A stretch of DNA of 60,661 nucleotides, filler included, from Bipalium vagum (lineage: Eukaryota): NCBI GenBank assembly GCA_037834085.1. It is 3 parts of 3 records of this genome, joined end to end, with 100 filler letters (N's around TTAATTAATTAA, not from the genome) between each part and the next. Parts side by side here need not be neighbours in the genome. Positions count along the whole stretch, not along the records: positions 23,950 to 40,162 come from JBBMKC010122348.1; 2 more parts are not named here. One strand, given 5' to 3'. The notes below the pieces were generated by a model. It saw nothing but the letters and a program-made list of their open reading frames with translations, made no database searches and had not been told where the DNA came from. Position 1 is the stretch's first letter. Each line of letters begins with the position of its first letter. Below are positions 25,271 to 40,162 of this stretch, in pieces. The translations under genes and the position numbers were made by a program.

Positions 25271-27429
25271 AATAGTTTTTTCGTATAAATTTAATTTCCG
25301 TATAAAATTATTTCTTGCAACTTGATAAAATATATTTGATAATTCATTGATGAGTTTTAATATTTTCGGTGATTTTTATTGAAAATAAGTTTCTAAATTT
25401 AAAGAAAACCCATCTTGTTCTATATTTGTATCATATTTCATTTTAATCATTCATTCTACTTTTGTATTTTCTCCATAGTGATATTATCATTTTTACAACA
25501 TTTTATAGTTATCAGATTATTTGAAATCATTTATGGTTTTTCGATTCATTAAATAATTCCTTTATGAAAATTGAGAAAAACTTGTATTTTTACAAATACT
25601 TGAGTGATGTGTTTTTTGTGTGGATGCTTTAAAATTAATAAAAATTGATTAAAAATCTAAAACAACAATGGATATTTCTAAAATTACAAAAATACTGACC
25701 TTAGTATTTATATGAAGAAAATGATTTAACAAAATATTCTTTAACACATTCTTGACCAAACTTTTGAAAAAGTCTCAGCATTTTATCTAGGGATTCAAGA
25801 TCCACAATATCTGAATATATTCTTCACCCTCTGTAATTTCTTCATTCAATGAGTTCAAAATATCAATTTTCAAGTCTTTTCAAATATTTATTGAGAATTG
25901 TCTTTTTAATCAAAAAGTTTGTTTTGGTTCATTCTGATATTATTTGTACAATGACAGTCATTACTATTCACCTAAAAATTGTTTTGAAAGAACCAATTTA
26001 TCATATTATGAAGAGTTCAATTGTCTTGTAAACAATTATTTATTTATGAGCAAAAAGGTAAGGTAAAAAGACATTATCAAAGGAACAAATAGGGTCAACC
26101 AAGTGTTATAGAGAAATTTATTAATTTTTAAAATAATTTTTTAAAAATAAACAGTGACGGATAATTTGATCTGATAGAAACCATTGATATAAATATAAAA
26201 TATAATTACATTTAATAACACTAAAAATAAAAAATAACTATAGACAATAAATAAGAACAATGTTACTTTATTTACAAAAACCACGCTAATTATTATATAT
26301 AATAAAATTGTTTGTCTTTAATTGATAGATTGAGTCTTAATAATAACACAAGAGGCGTAAAAATATACATGAGAACAACTATAAACCAGTTTGGTGAATT
26401 TAGTTAGAAAAAGTTTAAAATATTTATAAATTCGTCTTGGGGTCTTCATAAACTCGATTCTGTTTTAATGATATTTTTATTGAAATATATGATTCCATTT
26501 TTAGTCAATATTACCTGCAAAACCTTTGTTTAGCAATCCTTAATTGAATATGTTTCATTGTACTTCTATAAAATTAGATAGAATCTGTTCCATGTATCAA
26601 AATTTCACCTACGGATAAATTCATTGATTGTACAAACGCAGTTTATAAATATATCAAAGTCGCTTAAAGGTTATTTAATATAAAATTAATATAATAGTCT
26701 AATAGTATAATAGCATAAAAATATAGTATTTTTGATTAAAAGGTTAATTTAAAAATTTTAAAACTCTAATTTTATAATATTATTTTCTGATAAATTTTTG
26801 TAAATCAAAAAATTTTCAGTAAATCGACTTTAAAATAATATTTGAAAAGGTTATGTAATCAAACAACTTTTTTTTTCAAAATTCCTGCATATTACATTTT
26901 TATTAAGATTTTGTTTGATACTTAAAATTAGATTTTTCTGACCATAATTAAAATAATAATAATAACATTTAATCAAACGAATTCGTTTCTTCAGATGAAA
27001 ATAACCATTATGAAGGTCAAAAATCTAATAAAGTTTGTCTGATTGAAGCAATAAAGAAATTTGAGACTGAAATAAATATTTTCTCTTCAAATAAATTAAA
27101 TGAATCTGTTATAAATTCAACCAAACCAATAGAATTAGTTACCAATAACATAACGCCAATTTTAATACAAGACGGATTATAATACAATAAGTTTCATTTG
27201 ATTTTTAATAAAACTGTTTCATTTAAACATTTAAAAATTTATTTTGTAATTTTGTTTATGTAATATTTTTGTGTCAATTCTGAAGTTTACCATTTTCTAA
27301 AATTTTATACTTTTTTAAAAAAACAGTTCGTGGCAAACTTTAGGGAGCCGACTGTAATATTAATTTAATTAGCACTAATTATAAATAAATAAATGAGGGA
27401 TAAATAAAAAATTAAGGCAAATGGATACA

Positions 27430-28400
27430 AAATGTAGCCAAAACAAAAACAATTATTTATTTTAATTAAATGATATGGTTGTCAATGAAATTGATAAATT
27501 TTAGCTATTTGACTCTGCCTGGCTATTAATTTTTCAAAATATTATGGGTTTTGGTGATTGTTCTGACGGCACATTTTTCTATAATTGTATTAATTTCAGT
27601 TTTTTATATAGTAATGCTCAGAGTATTTGGTAGTTTGATGGGAACTATGATACTTCAGTTCCAATTATACATAATCTGAGGACATAGTGTTCATTCGAGC
27701 TTGGCTTTGGTTTCATTAAGTAGAATTTTAGATTTTTCCTTGTTTGCTTAGTCATTACCTCTAACATAGATCTCTTATTCAAAGGGGATTTTGACGTCAA
27801 TAATACGCATCTTTTTAGCATCTTGTTGAAAAATTGTTTATCAGGAAATTACGTTTTTGACCTGAAAAATTCTTTTCTTCTTTTTATTCTTTCTCATTTA
27901 TTTTTAAGTGTCGATAACAAATTAATTAGGATTTCGCATATGTCGATCTTCGCGAATTGACCGATTTCTCCACTATGAAGTCAGAATTGTCTAAACATCG
28001 ATTAACATCGTGTCTTTTTACACACAGCCATAGAAAAGTGAAATTTAGTTTCGTCTCTTACAGAATAAGACTACAAAGATTTTCATCTACGTCATTTCCA
28101 GTTTGGAATTCCTTACCAAACTCTACTTGTCTGTCCAAACCATCTTCTGTCAACGACTGAATCAACCTTTGGATGTACGTTTTAAAATCCATTATCTTCA
28201 CTGCTTTATGAACTATTCCATTAAAATTCCATTCATTGGACAGCTGTCTAAGTGGCGTGTTGGAATTTTCTTGCAACAGTTTATTAATCTTTTCATTCAA
28301 AATTTTCAAAGTCTTTCTTGGTTTTTCGCCCCATATTTTGGTGTATCCAGGACATCCAGTTATTAATTTTTATATTTAATTGTTATGGGTGAGTTAAATT
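27430..28400 (-). mobile_element. Decayed Tc1/mariner-superfamily transposon (DD37D/DD41D-like type)
   Basis: FKTYIQRLIQSLTEDGLDRQVEF (cf. HPYKIQLVQELTEDDFDRRVEF) followed by DETKFHF. Confidence 0.7.
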
Positions 28401-29145
28401 TATATTTCAATTCAACGATTTAGACTCGCTCTTCAACACTAAGTCTGTCACTTCTCGTGTCCGATGGATACATAATCTTAAAAAATAATTATATTACAAT
28501 TTTAAATATTACATGTCAACCTAAACATAGCAATAGTTCACCTAAAAAAGACTAAATATTCAAATAATTTCTTTAGAGTTGTAAAGCTACTTAATCGACA
28601 CCCTGTCGATTTTACTAATAATTAGTTTATCTTTATAAAGATATTTATATTTTTTGCTTAAATTATAGAAAAATTGAAAAATAATTTTAAGATAAGAATT
28701 AAATATTTCAAATTTATATATGATAAAACAATGAAGAAAAAAGCAAATATTCGAAATATGCACATGGGATTTAAAATGAATGAGATTAAAATATTTTAAT
28801 TCATCTGAAATTTATTATTTTATTTTACCAGTAACGTCCTGTAACAAACTTGAAAATAAAAAATGTTTAATATTTTTTTATTATCAAATAATTGCTTTTT
28901 AATTCATTCAAGTTTATTTTAGTTATAAAAAAATTGATTTCACAATAAATAATATTCTTAAATATGGAAATTTTTTCCATCAAAGATTTTTCTTTATTAG
29001 ACATTACGATCGTTATTAAGCCAGGGTGATTATTGGTAAAATCGTTTTATGAATTAAGTAAACTAATATCAGTAAATTAATATCAGATTAAAATTTTAGA
29101 AAAATAAAAAAAATAAAATTATATTGAATTTATTTGTTAACACAC

Positions 29146-29520
29146 TCATTCATGAATTCTAAAATGGATATTAATATAACTTTTATGAGTAAAAAGTACA
29201 GAATGAAGATATTCAATAGTAGAATGTTGGTTAAAATTTCTATTATAATCCATTACAGACATTATTGACTCATAAATTAAAAGTAAAGTTCGATGGTCAA
29301 ATATTTGTTTTAAAGAACAATTGAATAACAATGGAATATGAGAAACTTTTGAAATCGTATATTAAAAATTGAAAAGAATCTGAGATAGATCAATGTTATT
29401 TATACTTTGACAGAGATAGTAATATGAGTATGAATGTTTTCAGTTCTGATTACTTTCATTGATACGATATTAGAAAAGATTATTGACCTTTTCGATGTAA
29501 AGTTATGCATTTTAATATGC
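29146..29520 (-). mobile_element. Possible MULE transposase C-terminal relic
   Basis: STIEYLHSVLFTHKSYINIH weakly resembles (RTNN)xxESFHSxxxxxxxxxHPNI. Very degraded. Confidence 0.3.
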
Positions 29521-30790
29521 ATAGTTTCGCTTTATTTAAAACGTTTTTTTATAAATAATTATAATTTAAAAAATCAATATTTACAATGATAATTGTACAT
29601 TTCCATATAGTTTCAAACAAATCTTTATTATTTATTATTAACCAATTAAAAATAGGTTAATTATATTTGTTTACAAAATGATTAAAATGAAGTTAGAAGT
29701 TAATTAATTAAATGCTGAAAAAATTGTCATTTAATGATTTTATTAATGACTGGTTTAATTTTTTGGATAAATTTCATATATTATATTTACTTTAAAGTTT
29801 TTTTTAATTATCTCTATTATTAATATTATAATCATAATAATTATAAATATAATATAGAACCTTGAAAATCATGAATGCCAATTATTCAGACATCTCTTAA
29901 TGCTTCATTGAATCAAAGGTCTGAGAACAACATAAAAAATTATTGAAATACTTGTGCCCTTTGGAATTTAGAATAACTTATTTATTGACCTTTCCACAGT
30001 CAATAAATAAATTATTTATACTGTAATGTGAGAAGAGTTTGAAAAGAAATTATTCTTTTCGTTATAAAATTGTTTCTTTAAATTTTATTCTATGTAATAG
30101 TGAGTCTTTTAATTCATCTAAAAATTTTTTGACTTACTTATTTTATTGATCCATATTTTCATTAGTAAAATATATAGTATAGTTTTATATATTACAGTTA
30201 TAGTATATTTTGTTTTGTGAAGCGGAAAAATATTTATATATATTATAAAAGTTTGCAATGATAAATGCAATAAATGCAATGCAATTAAGTGATATATTTT
30301 TTGTTATTTGATGACATTGTGAAATATCTCATTTATTTTTATATTGTTTTTTTCCCCAATAAATTTATTAAATTGATTCCCAATGTTAATCAGATTTTAT
30401 GTTATTTCATTTTAAATTTTAATCTTTTACTTTAAAATATTAATAAAACAAAAATAGTATTATAAAGTACCTATGAATGTTAAATATAAATATTTAATTA
30501 AGCAGATAAAAATAGCGACATGTTTATTGTTAATATTATTATCATTGTTATTATTATTAATATTAGTAGTATTAGTATTAGTGGCAGTAATTGTATATAA
30601 TTATGCCTTATTTTTATCAAACTGTATTTAATTTTTTATTAATAATATTATTTTATTTATTTAGGTTATTTTAAATTCTTTAATATCATAATAATATGAT
30701 ATTTTTTGAAGATTGAATTTAAATTAAATAAACAAATAATTCAATTAAAATTGCAATGAAGTTTGGAATGTGAATATTATTGATTTTTAG

Positions 30791-30868
30791 ATTATAACCG
30801 TGGCGGCGCCTTACAGAAGTGATTTTCTGCGAAAAGTGGCTTTGGATGATTCCATAAGTGAAAATGAG
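30791..30868 (+). CDS. Orphan internal exon of a glycolipid transfer protein (GLTP-fold) gene: IITVAAPYRSDFLRKVALDDSISENE
   Basis: GC-rich 78-nt island bounded by ttttag| and |gtaatt. The phase-0 translation matches the GLTP C-terminal motif as I recall it (AALYAAPYKSDFLKALS). I could not find the flanking exons in the window. Confidence 0.7.
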
Positions 30869-33800
30869 GTAATTATTATTGCACGATTTTCCTGTAAAAG
30901 TATTAATTAATAGAAATGTGCAATCAAATAGGGTAATAATTCAGTTAAATTTATATGAAAATGTGATCAATTTTATTTTGATTTTCAGTAAAAGTTCACT
31001 AAATTTTATACTGCCAGTCTAAACGATTATTTGAATTATCCTTTCCTTATTGTAGTGATTTTTTTTTATAAAAATTAGAGTTAAGATTTTTGAAATATAG
31101 CAGTAATATTGTAATAATAATTGAATATTTACTTTTGTTAACATATATTGGTTAAGCACAAAAGGTTTTTTTATTATTGTCTACCACAAGAAAACTGAAT
31201 ATTTAAGCACCTGTAACTGTCAATTTTTGGGAATATTACATTACCTTTGTTAAACAAATTTAAATTCCTTTAAACAATTTTTAAAATTATTTAATGTTAT
31301 AATATTATGGTGGCAAATAAGGAATATAAATTTCTACATAGTTGAACTATATCTTGCAATATAGTTGTATTTTTGAAAGGCTTCAATATTTAATGACACG
31401 TTGTACATCGATTTAAACACTGAATTCAACTCTGTAATTTGATAACAGTTTATAAATGTTTATATTCTAAAGGTAATGAAGCAATGAGTAAAATTTAAGA
31501 AACGTAGGAAATTTACTTTTAGAAATATAAAAAATATCTCAAAGCATTAGAGACAGGTCTCAATATGAACAATCGGTAAGATTACAACTAATAAGCGTAC
31601 CTTTCAATGATTGCTCATACTGTTTATAAGTTGAAAAATATCCTTGGAGTTGAAGAGCACGTTAACTGACCGCCAGCTCTTAACAACGATGGCAAAGGAT
31701 TCCATTTTTATTAAGAGATGAGTTATTTGTTTTTAGACAATTAGTATAAACAGATATTCCTTCTCTTCCAATCTAATAATATGGTGTTTAAAATAAGGTT
31801 TTTAGCTCAGTAAATTTTAATTATTATTAATCGGGTTCTGATCTTATTCCTAGTTTATTCTTTTTAAACTTTAACAAGAACAGGAACACAATGTAGTACA
31901 AAATGCTATCATTTGTTTAAATTTACAAAAATTAAAAAAGATTTATCACAAAATCTTGACATGTCAGATAAAACGTGGCCTTATAACTTACAATTCAATC
32001 TAGAAACTGTGAAGTGTGCTCTAAGCTCATCATATGCAAAGGGAGTTGAACATTTTGAAGTTCATTTAAGTCTCATTAAACGATGAAAAAATTAGAAATA
32101 TATTGTGGAATTGAAAAGAAATAATAAATCAAGATTGTTCAAGAGAATATGTTTGATTCAATGACCAATATAGGAAGCTTATTTTAAAACAGAGAGAAGA
32201 AAATTTTGAGTTTGTTGAATATTAATTAAAACCAAAGCGACTGAAAACTCAAATTTTTAAAGGACCTGCATTCTGGATTTTTAGTTTTATGAATAGAAAC
32301 AAGTTATATGTACATGATTTTAGTTCAATCGGTGATTCGAAAATGATCCCTATGATTTGGAAAGCAAGGCGAGAAGCTTTTTCAAATTTCATTAAGAAAA
32401 ACAAAAACAACTATTAACTTCAACATATAAGAAAAAAAGGTGAGGTTCCCATCATTTTGGACGAGGTTTCTAAATTAACAAATTTCGCCATAATTAAATT
32501 TTTTATTTCTTGAAATCAATGAAATGATTTCTTTTACATAACATTTTTTTTGTTTATAGATTTTATTTTTATAGACTAAGGTTGTAAAGAGATTCTTAAA
32601 TCATTTAAATCCAATATTTTATTATCATAATTTTTTATAATAATAGACTTATCACGAAAATAATTAAGTTGATTTTCTAAAATTTTCGTTTCACATTTGC
32701 TGTAAAATATCTTCAAACCGATTTTAATTTATTCTTAAAATCAAATATTTTAATTAATTTTTTAATTAACGGTGGAAATTCCATACAGGCATTTTATATT
32801 GATATTTATTTTCTAAACAAAAATTGGTTTTTATATTCATTAAAAATAATTATTTATTTACCTATTAAAATGCAGTCTTGGAGGACTTCTTTTCCATGAC
32901 TCGGTTTTAATTAATGATAAAATGGTTTTCTGCTTTAGAAGCGGGTTTTTTAAGCTGGATTTTCGATTTCGTAAATTTTGTTCATTTTACATTGTTTTTA
33001 TTCATTGATTTTATTTACATTGCTTTTTTAATCATTAAGTTAATTTTCTTATTTTTCCTTATTAAATTTTAGTTAGTTTCACTGATCAATAAAGTTTGTT
33101 AATAAAAAAATTTCATACGTTTTTTCTTATTTTTTATTATGTTATTATATATAATATATATTATTATATTTATATTATTTTTTTTATGTTCATTTTTCTC
33201 CAATCAATTGCAAATTGCAAATTAATTTAATTAATGGTGCAGATTTTAATTAAATTTGTTAAATATTTCTTTACTTAAAGGATAAAAATAATTGAATTAA
33301 ATAAGTAAATAATTCAGTAATAATAAAATTGAATTTTAATTGAAAAGAATAATTAAAATAATTTTTTACACGTTTTTTATAATAAATAAAAATAAAATGT
33401 CTCTTTGAAGCTAAAGGATTATTTAATTATTCTACTAATTTCTTCGTTAGAAATCTTTAATAATCAAAGGAAATCAAACAATTATTTAGTTTATTTTTTA
33501 TAATTTAAAATTTATATATATTTAAAAATTAATATAAAATCTTTACATTTTGTGTCAAAAATCATTTGATTTTCAAGATACAAATTTATGACATTTAAAA
33601 TGTTACCTTATCTTCGGTTAAACTAATGACACTGTTTGTTTGATTTAGTTTTTAAAGTTCATTCGATTATTTTATTTATTTATTATTTTTTTATGTTCCT
33701 AAAATTTTTAAAACATTCCTTTCGTCTTTTAATCGATTTTTTGTCAATTTTTAATTATTTTTCATCAATAATTATTTTAGAAATTGTAAGTTATAATGAT

Positions 33801-34379
33801 TCTTGAAAATCGATCTGTTTTTAAATTCTGCGATCCATTTGGATCAATGTATCACTAAGTATAACTTGACTATATATAATACAGTTTTTTGTATTATTTG
33901 GTTTTATCGTTAAACTAACAATTTAAACGTTTCTGTTTATTTTTTTTAGTTTATTATTGTCAGATAATTTCAATTAATTTAAAGCAAGAATTTATCAATG
34001 CTACACCAGTATAATAAAATCAAAAGCTGATCACAAAATATTTATAACATTATTATTTATTGATATTTAAAATATACATGATAATAATTTTTATAATTAT
34101 AATAAATATATACTTGTACTTTAAAAAGTGGTTACAATTATTTTAATCTGTTTATTCAAAATTTCCTCATGGAAAACTATTATTAAATTTAATGACAATA
34201 AATCGTCCCTTTAGTCTGATTTCAAATTTCATCTGACATTTATTTGGTTATATTAATATATCCATATCATAGGTGCAGAATTAAAATTTTTTTGATAACA
34301 ACAATAGTTAATTCAGTTATCCACAATATTTTAGTTGTCTTAAATATTTTTTCAATGGTTCAATCAAACTTAATTGAAA

Positions 34380-35100
34380 AAGATTATATGGCATGCCAGA
34401 AGCCGCGATATTGCCGAAAGAATGCATTTATCAACCCGAACTGTACAAAAATGATGGACACAGTTTAGAAATGAAGGAAACTGTGAAAGTGAATCTTGTA
34501 GGCCAATAAAATCAAGTTTAAGGCAAGATTCTAGTTTGATACTAAAGATGAAAAGGAACAGATTCAAATCGATGGAACTTATCGGCAGAGAAAGAATTAA
34601 AGAAAATGAGTTAAAATGCTTCATACTTGATTTCAACAATTGTCGAATCCGAGTAAGGTGCCTGAAAAATAAGAGATCTGTAGATCACTGTATGATAGGA
34701 ATGGTTGTGGAAGTGTCATGATCTGGTACGAATATGGGAGAAGTCCATACGGCTCGAATTTTTATTGATGGTTCATTAACTGGTGAAATTATGAATCAAC
34801 ATATTATTTCAAGCATTGTAAAACACAGTCTTGTGCTGCAGTATGATAATTCAAAGCCGCACACTGCAATAATAATGTCTTTGTCTTTTTACGATCTCAT
34901 CCTATCGAATTTGCTTTGGATGACCTTGGTTGACTTGTCAAATAAAATTATAGTCATTTGGAAAATACAAAAGAACAAGTGACCATAAGATTAATAGACC
35001 AATAAGAACTAATATCTCGAGAGAATTTTCAAAAAATGATTTTAAGCATGAGGAGAAGACTATAGGAATATATTGACAAAAGAGGAGACCATACTAGTTA
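34380..35100 (+). mobile_element. Decayed Tc1-like transposon
   Basis: FRNEGNCE N-terminal fragment, IFIDGSLTG, VLQYDNSKPHTA and degenerate DL.....LW. Confidence 0.75.
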
Positions 35101-35980
35101 CTAATTGTAAAATAAGTGTTTATAAGATGACTAGTACAATTTTTTTGCTGAAATCATGTTTTATAATGCTGTGTAGCATTAATACTTTCTTGTGGATAAG
35201 TATAATTTCAATAATAAATTCAAAAATAATCAAAATAACGAAGAAATCACTGAAATAATTAGTTACACCCAGTTTCCAAAATTAATTAATTAAATTAGGA
35301 AAATGTAAATTAAAATTGAGATAATGAATATTAACCTGAAGTTTCTCAAGTAATCGATTCAGAAATTTTTTCCTTTAAAAATAAAATTTGATCTCAAATT
35401 AATTTTTAATTATATTTCTTTCATTCGAACATTCTTTAGGCTCTTAATTATCGGTCATCTCCGTTATCATTTTAGTATTATAAAAATTAAAAATTTCTAT
35501 TTGTTTAACACGTTATATAATATTTTATATTATTTTTTGCACTTAATTTCCTTCTCAATATAATCATTATTCTTTATAAGGAGAACATTTTTTCATACTG
35601 AGAGTAAGTGAACCGCATGAAAATCATCTTTTGATTTTGTCAATATTTGCATCTGAAGACATGAGTATCTAAACGTTTCTTCACTAAAATCTGAATGATT
35701 TTGAGAAGATTATGTATCAGCCTTCCTGACATCTCATGACATCAAAATCCAACAGTTTTAGTCAATATTCTATTTACTGGTTTTTATTGAATGGAAGGAA
35801 ATGTTTCTTTTTGAAAGCTTCAATTTGAGATTCCTCTGAAACCGATCTGATTTTAGTCCTGTAAAAAAAATTTTTTCGAAATGTACTTTTAAATATTGTT
35901 AAAAATTAAAATTATTAGAAATTTTGATAATATTTTTATTTTTTAATTAGTTTTGAAATTCGATATCTAATGTCACTAAT

Positions 35981-36380
35981 TTAGACATTATAAATCAAAG
36001 TTCCGTTTATTACCACTTTAACCCACAAGGTAGCTGTAGTAGTCTTCTTAAAATCTAATATGATCGATGACGGGGATGTCGATTTAATAGTATGTGTATG
36101 AATAGTTTGTATTACACCGTATATTTCTTTATATACCATAGAGTCACAATAAATCGCTTTCACAATGTTTTGTTGTAAGTTAGAAGTTGTTTTTTTGACG
36201 TATCTATCAACAGAAATAATGGTATATCGCAATATTTTACTAACTCTTTTATGTAAAGTTCTCGCTCCTCATAAATTATTAATTTTGGTTTTCGTAAAAT
36301 TATTTTGATAGCTTCAACCTTCCATGTCAACTATTGTTACAATATTGGCATTTGGTATTCGTGGGTATTTCCACATCTTA
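35981..36380 (-). mobile_element. Possible MULE transposase relic
   Basis: SPSSIILDFKK resembles MULE P..I..DFEKA. Degraded. Confidence 0.35.
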
Positions 36381-36684
36381 ATTAAAGCTATTATTTATAA
36401 TAATTAATTATATTTATAATAATAATAATGAGATAAAAAACTAATGCTGTATTTTTCAATCAAATAAAAATTCTAATTCTAAAAATAATTTTGTATGTAT
36501 CTTAAATAAAGAAACTATTGAAATAGTATGAAAATAAATAGACATAAAATTATCGAAATAATGGTTCGTCTATTTGAGTCACGAAGGCCCACCCATTCTT
36601 ATTGGATTTTTCAAGAAAAAAATCTCATTTTTTCTTCATTATCAACATATCAAAGTTGAGTTTTTATATAAAATAAATAATACT

Positions 36685-36915
36685 ATTAGGTGTAGGCATA
36701 CGTTTTAAACCATTTTTTCATCGTTCATCAAATAACCGCCGCGAAATTTTACATTGGTAATCAATATATTAAATTTTTAAAATATATTAATGTTATATTT
36801 AAGTTCTTTTATAAAAACCAAAATACCAGTCTTCAAAATGAGTGATGAAAAATTGTACGTTCGGTGTTGCATAAGATATGAATTTGAACAAGACAAAAAT
36901 AATAGTTCGGTCCAA
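36685..36915 (+). mobile_element. Mariner 5' fragment (left TIR + transposase start)
   Basis: TATTAGGTGTAGGCATA TIR-like start; ATG at ~36838 gives MSDEKLYVRCCIRYEFEQDKN. Confidence 0.7.
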
Positions 36916-38239
36916 ATAGATATATGATATAATAGATCAGTCAAATAAGATACTAGTTAGTCATGTCGGTTTAAAAAAACATGATTCAAATATTTTAGTG
37001 TCAAAATTTGAACTAAAAAAATATTACTTTTCCGTCAATATGTTGGTCTATATATTGTATTTTTATCGTATATATTCAATAATTTTCAGTAATTGTACAA
37101 TTTTTAAAAAATATAAGATTACTGAGACATATCTGATGACCATAAAAATAATGAAATTGTAGACAAACTTTATTACCACAACTGAGCTATTATTATTATT
37201 ATGAAAGATATTGTTGATTTTCTTAGTGTTATGTGAATCTTACTTCTAAAAAACTATCTTTAGATTTTTATGTTTTCATCAGTACCTATTTGTATTAATT
37301 ATCAAAATGAGACAGAAAAAAGGCTCTATTTTTTGACGACTATGTATTTGTTTCAATGGATTCGTGATTCCTAAACCAGATTGCTTTCACTGCGATTTTT
37401 GATGTAATAAGATAACTTTAGAGAAAAAACTTTATCAAATTATTTAGAATTTTTTTTAACACTTTCATGAATATTATATTTTGACACATTAAGTTTATAT
37501 TAAAACTTTAAATTAAATTTAGATAAAAAATAAAATAATATTTTTCTATTATCTTTTTCTTATATTAATATTTTTAAAAATTAAATAAATTTTTTATTTT
37601 ATTTTTATTTTTACGTTTTATTTGCATTAAAAATTGTGAAAAAAAAATATTGAAGAGAGAAAAATGTTTTTCTGGAAATAAACAGCTTGCCATTGTTTGT
37701 CAACAAAAGACTTCCCGTTTCATAAAAAGTTGAATGTTTATAATTCTTTATTGTAATCTGATGACAAAATGGTTGCTATGACTGAAACTATAGTTATTAT
37801 TTTATTTGACAAGTATTTTTCATTCAACTCCGATCTGCAAATTAATAAAGTTGATCAATGGGTGTGACGACTGATATTGATTTATTGAAGACTGGTTGGT
37901 GGAAGTGTCAATATTGCGTGATTAGGATATATAAATATATTACAAAATATTATATTCCTTAAATTTTTAAGTCTTTAAGAAATATCAGTTTGAGTATTAA
38001 AAAATTAAATAATAAGATAAATAAAAAAATAATTTTTCGTGTCAATTATTTATCAGAATCAAAATTATTTTAAGTGGAATGCCTTATCAATTATCGTTTA
38101 TTAATAAGAAAAATTTATTACATATTTTTGCTTAAGTTTTGATCTGCGACCAAAGGTAGAAAACTATGAAAATAAAGTATATTTTTTTATTTGTAATTAT
38201 TATTAACAAACATACAAATTTCAACAAAACATTTACTGT

Positions 38240-39200
38240 TAAAATTTTCATCAGTTTGATCTATGATCACCATTCTTTTCAGCACATTCCGGAATTCAAC
38301 GTGGTATACTGTCGAACAAAGACTTAACAAAAGGAATTAAGTTCCACTGGTCTTTTAGTTGATGTTTTAAAGAGTTCAGGGAGTTATGTGGTTCCACATA
38401 TTCCGTTTGCAATCTCCTGCAAAGTACATCCCACAAATGCACTATAATGTAGAAATCTGCAGAAGGCGAATGCCATGGAATAATATTGATGTTATTTTGC
38501 AACTTTATAAACATGAAGACGTGCGTTGTCATGTTGGAATCAGAAGCTGTGCTTTTTCATAAAATTTACAACCTTTTTTTCAATGATTTCTTTGGCATAC
38601 TTCTCACCATTAAATGTACTATCAATCATTATCAAAGGGCTTAATTGTTGACAAGATATGACTGCCCACCCCATAATTGATCCTCCACCAAATTGGTATT
38701 GTTGTACGGTGCAACATCTCAAAACCGTTCTGTAATTTGTGACTGACTCGAACTCTTCCATCCAAGCAGAACTGTGATTCGTCGCAAAAAACCATCTTCT
38801 GTCAACTTTCATTAGACCAATGAAGCTTTAAAATTAAATAGTTAGAACGATTTAGTAGAGTCAATGAAATTTTGATAATCGGCCGAAATGAACAAAAACC
38901 TAAATGCATGGCATGACGCTGTGAACTTTTAAGAAATAGAATTTGTAAGGCTAAGTTATATTTTCTGAATCGATATTGCTGAATGGAATGGCAAATTTTT
39001 CTGTCCAAGAGCTCAGTGTGAAGAATATGTCGCCTTTGAGCTTCTTTATGTTCAATATTCCCAGTTTCTTGCCTTCTATTCCACAAATATACTACAGCTT
39101 AGTGGTCCCTATACAGCCTACGTTGGAGAATCCAACTTAAAGAATGCCAACAATTCTTCCTTTTTCAAAATCATTAAACTCACGATAGACAATATTATCG
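38240..39200 (-). mobile_element. Decayed Tc1-like (DD34E) transposon
   Basis: MWNRRQETGN, FGGGSIMGWAVIS and IIPWHSPSADFYIIVHLWDVL, spread across three frameshifted ORFs. Confidence 0.85.
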
Positions 39201-40106
39201 ATTTTATATTATATAGAAATCCACATGATTATAAAATCCATATATATATTAACTATATATAAATTATGATAATGTATGGGTCAATAAAAATTCATCATAA
39301 CTATCATATGAATGCTTTTATTAGTCGTTTTCAAGGTGGATGGGTGATTTTGGCACACAGTTTAATTTTGAATGCTGAATATTTAATTTGGTGAGTTGAC
39401 TTCTCTAAATTAATTATCTTATACCCAATAACCCGATGAAGTTGTTGATCTGTTAAGAGGTCATGCCCAAATAAATCCATAAAAACGGTCCTATAGTAAT
39501 TATTAACGTCATAAATACAATGAGGTTTACCACAATAAAAACTATAATAATAGATCAAATATAAGTTTAGTAAAATATTTCTCTCGATAGAAATAACAAA
39601 ATAATTACTGACTTTCGACGTCAACTTAGATCTCTCTAATAGTCTGCCCTAACACATCTCTGTCAACTCTCATACAATAAACGGCCTGCACTCATAAAGA
39701 AAAGTTATGAAAATTAAGGTTAAATGTTTTTTACAAAATATATATTTGCAATAATGTTTACTTGGGAGCATAAATAATCTCAATAAACACCTTCGAAAAT
39801 AAGGTGTTCAATGGAACTCTAAAACTCATTGATTTTCAATGTGTTAATAGAATTTAGTAACTACTTATATATAATATGATATAATAGAAATATATAACCA
39901 CTATTAATGGTGTCGATAAAAAGGAATACTGGTAAAATAAATAATTAATTTTATGATTAGTGTTGATAAATCCTTAATCATGATTTATTACAATCTTTAG
40001 TCGGAATTTTATTTTTCTGAGAACTACTTAACAGACCAATTCATGACAATAAAGTAATAATAGGACAATAAAATATTATTTACTATTAGTTAAATTAGAA
40101 CTTTGC

Positions 40107-40107
<1 letters not shown>

Positions 40108-40158
<51 letters not shown>

Positions 40159-40162
40159 TTAT
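40108..40162. repeat. (ATT)n microsatellite at the end of contig 2
   Basis: Direct observation. Confidence 0.95.

Noticed and set aside
25740-26670. Possible piggyBac or Merlin relics (also MULE-like traces at ~11950-12190, 31960-32480, 39330-39660, 42420-42780)
   Set aside because: Too degraded to assign by eye; needs an HMM search.
32574-32640. Candidate last GLTP exon (TKVVKRFLNHLNPIF)
   Set aside because: Weak similarity, AT-rich and adjacent to TE-like debris; cannot be supported.
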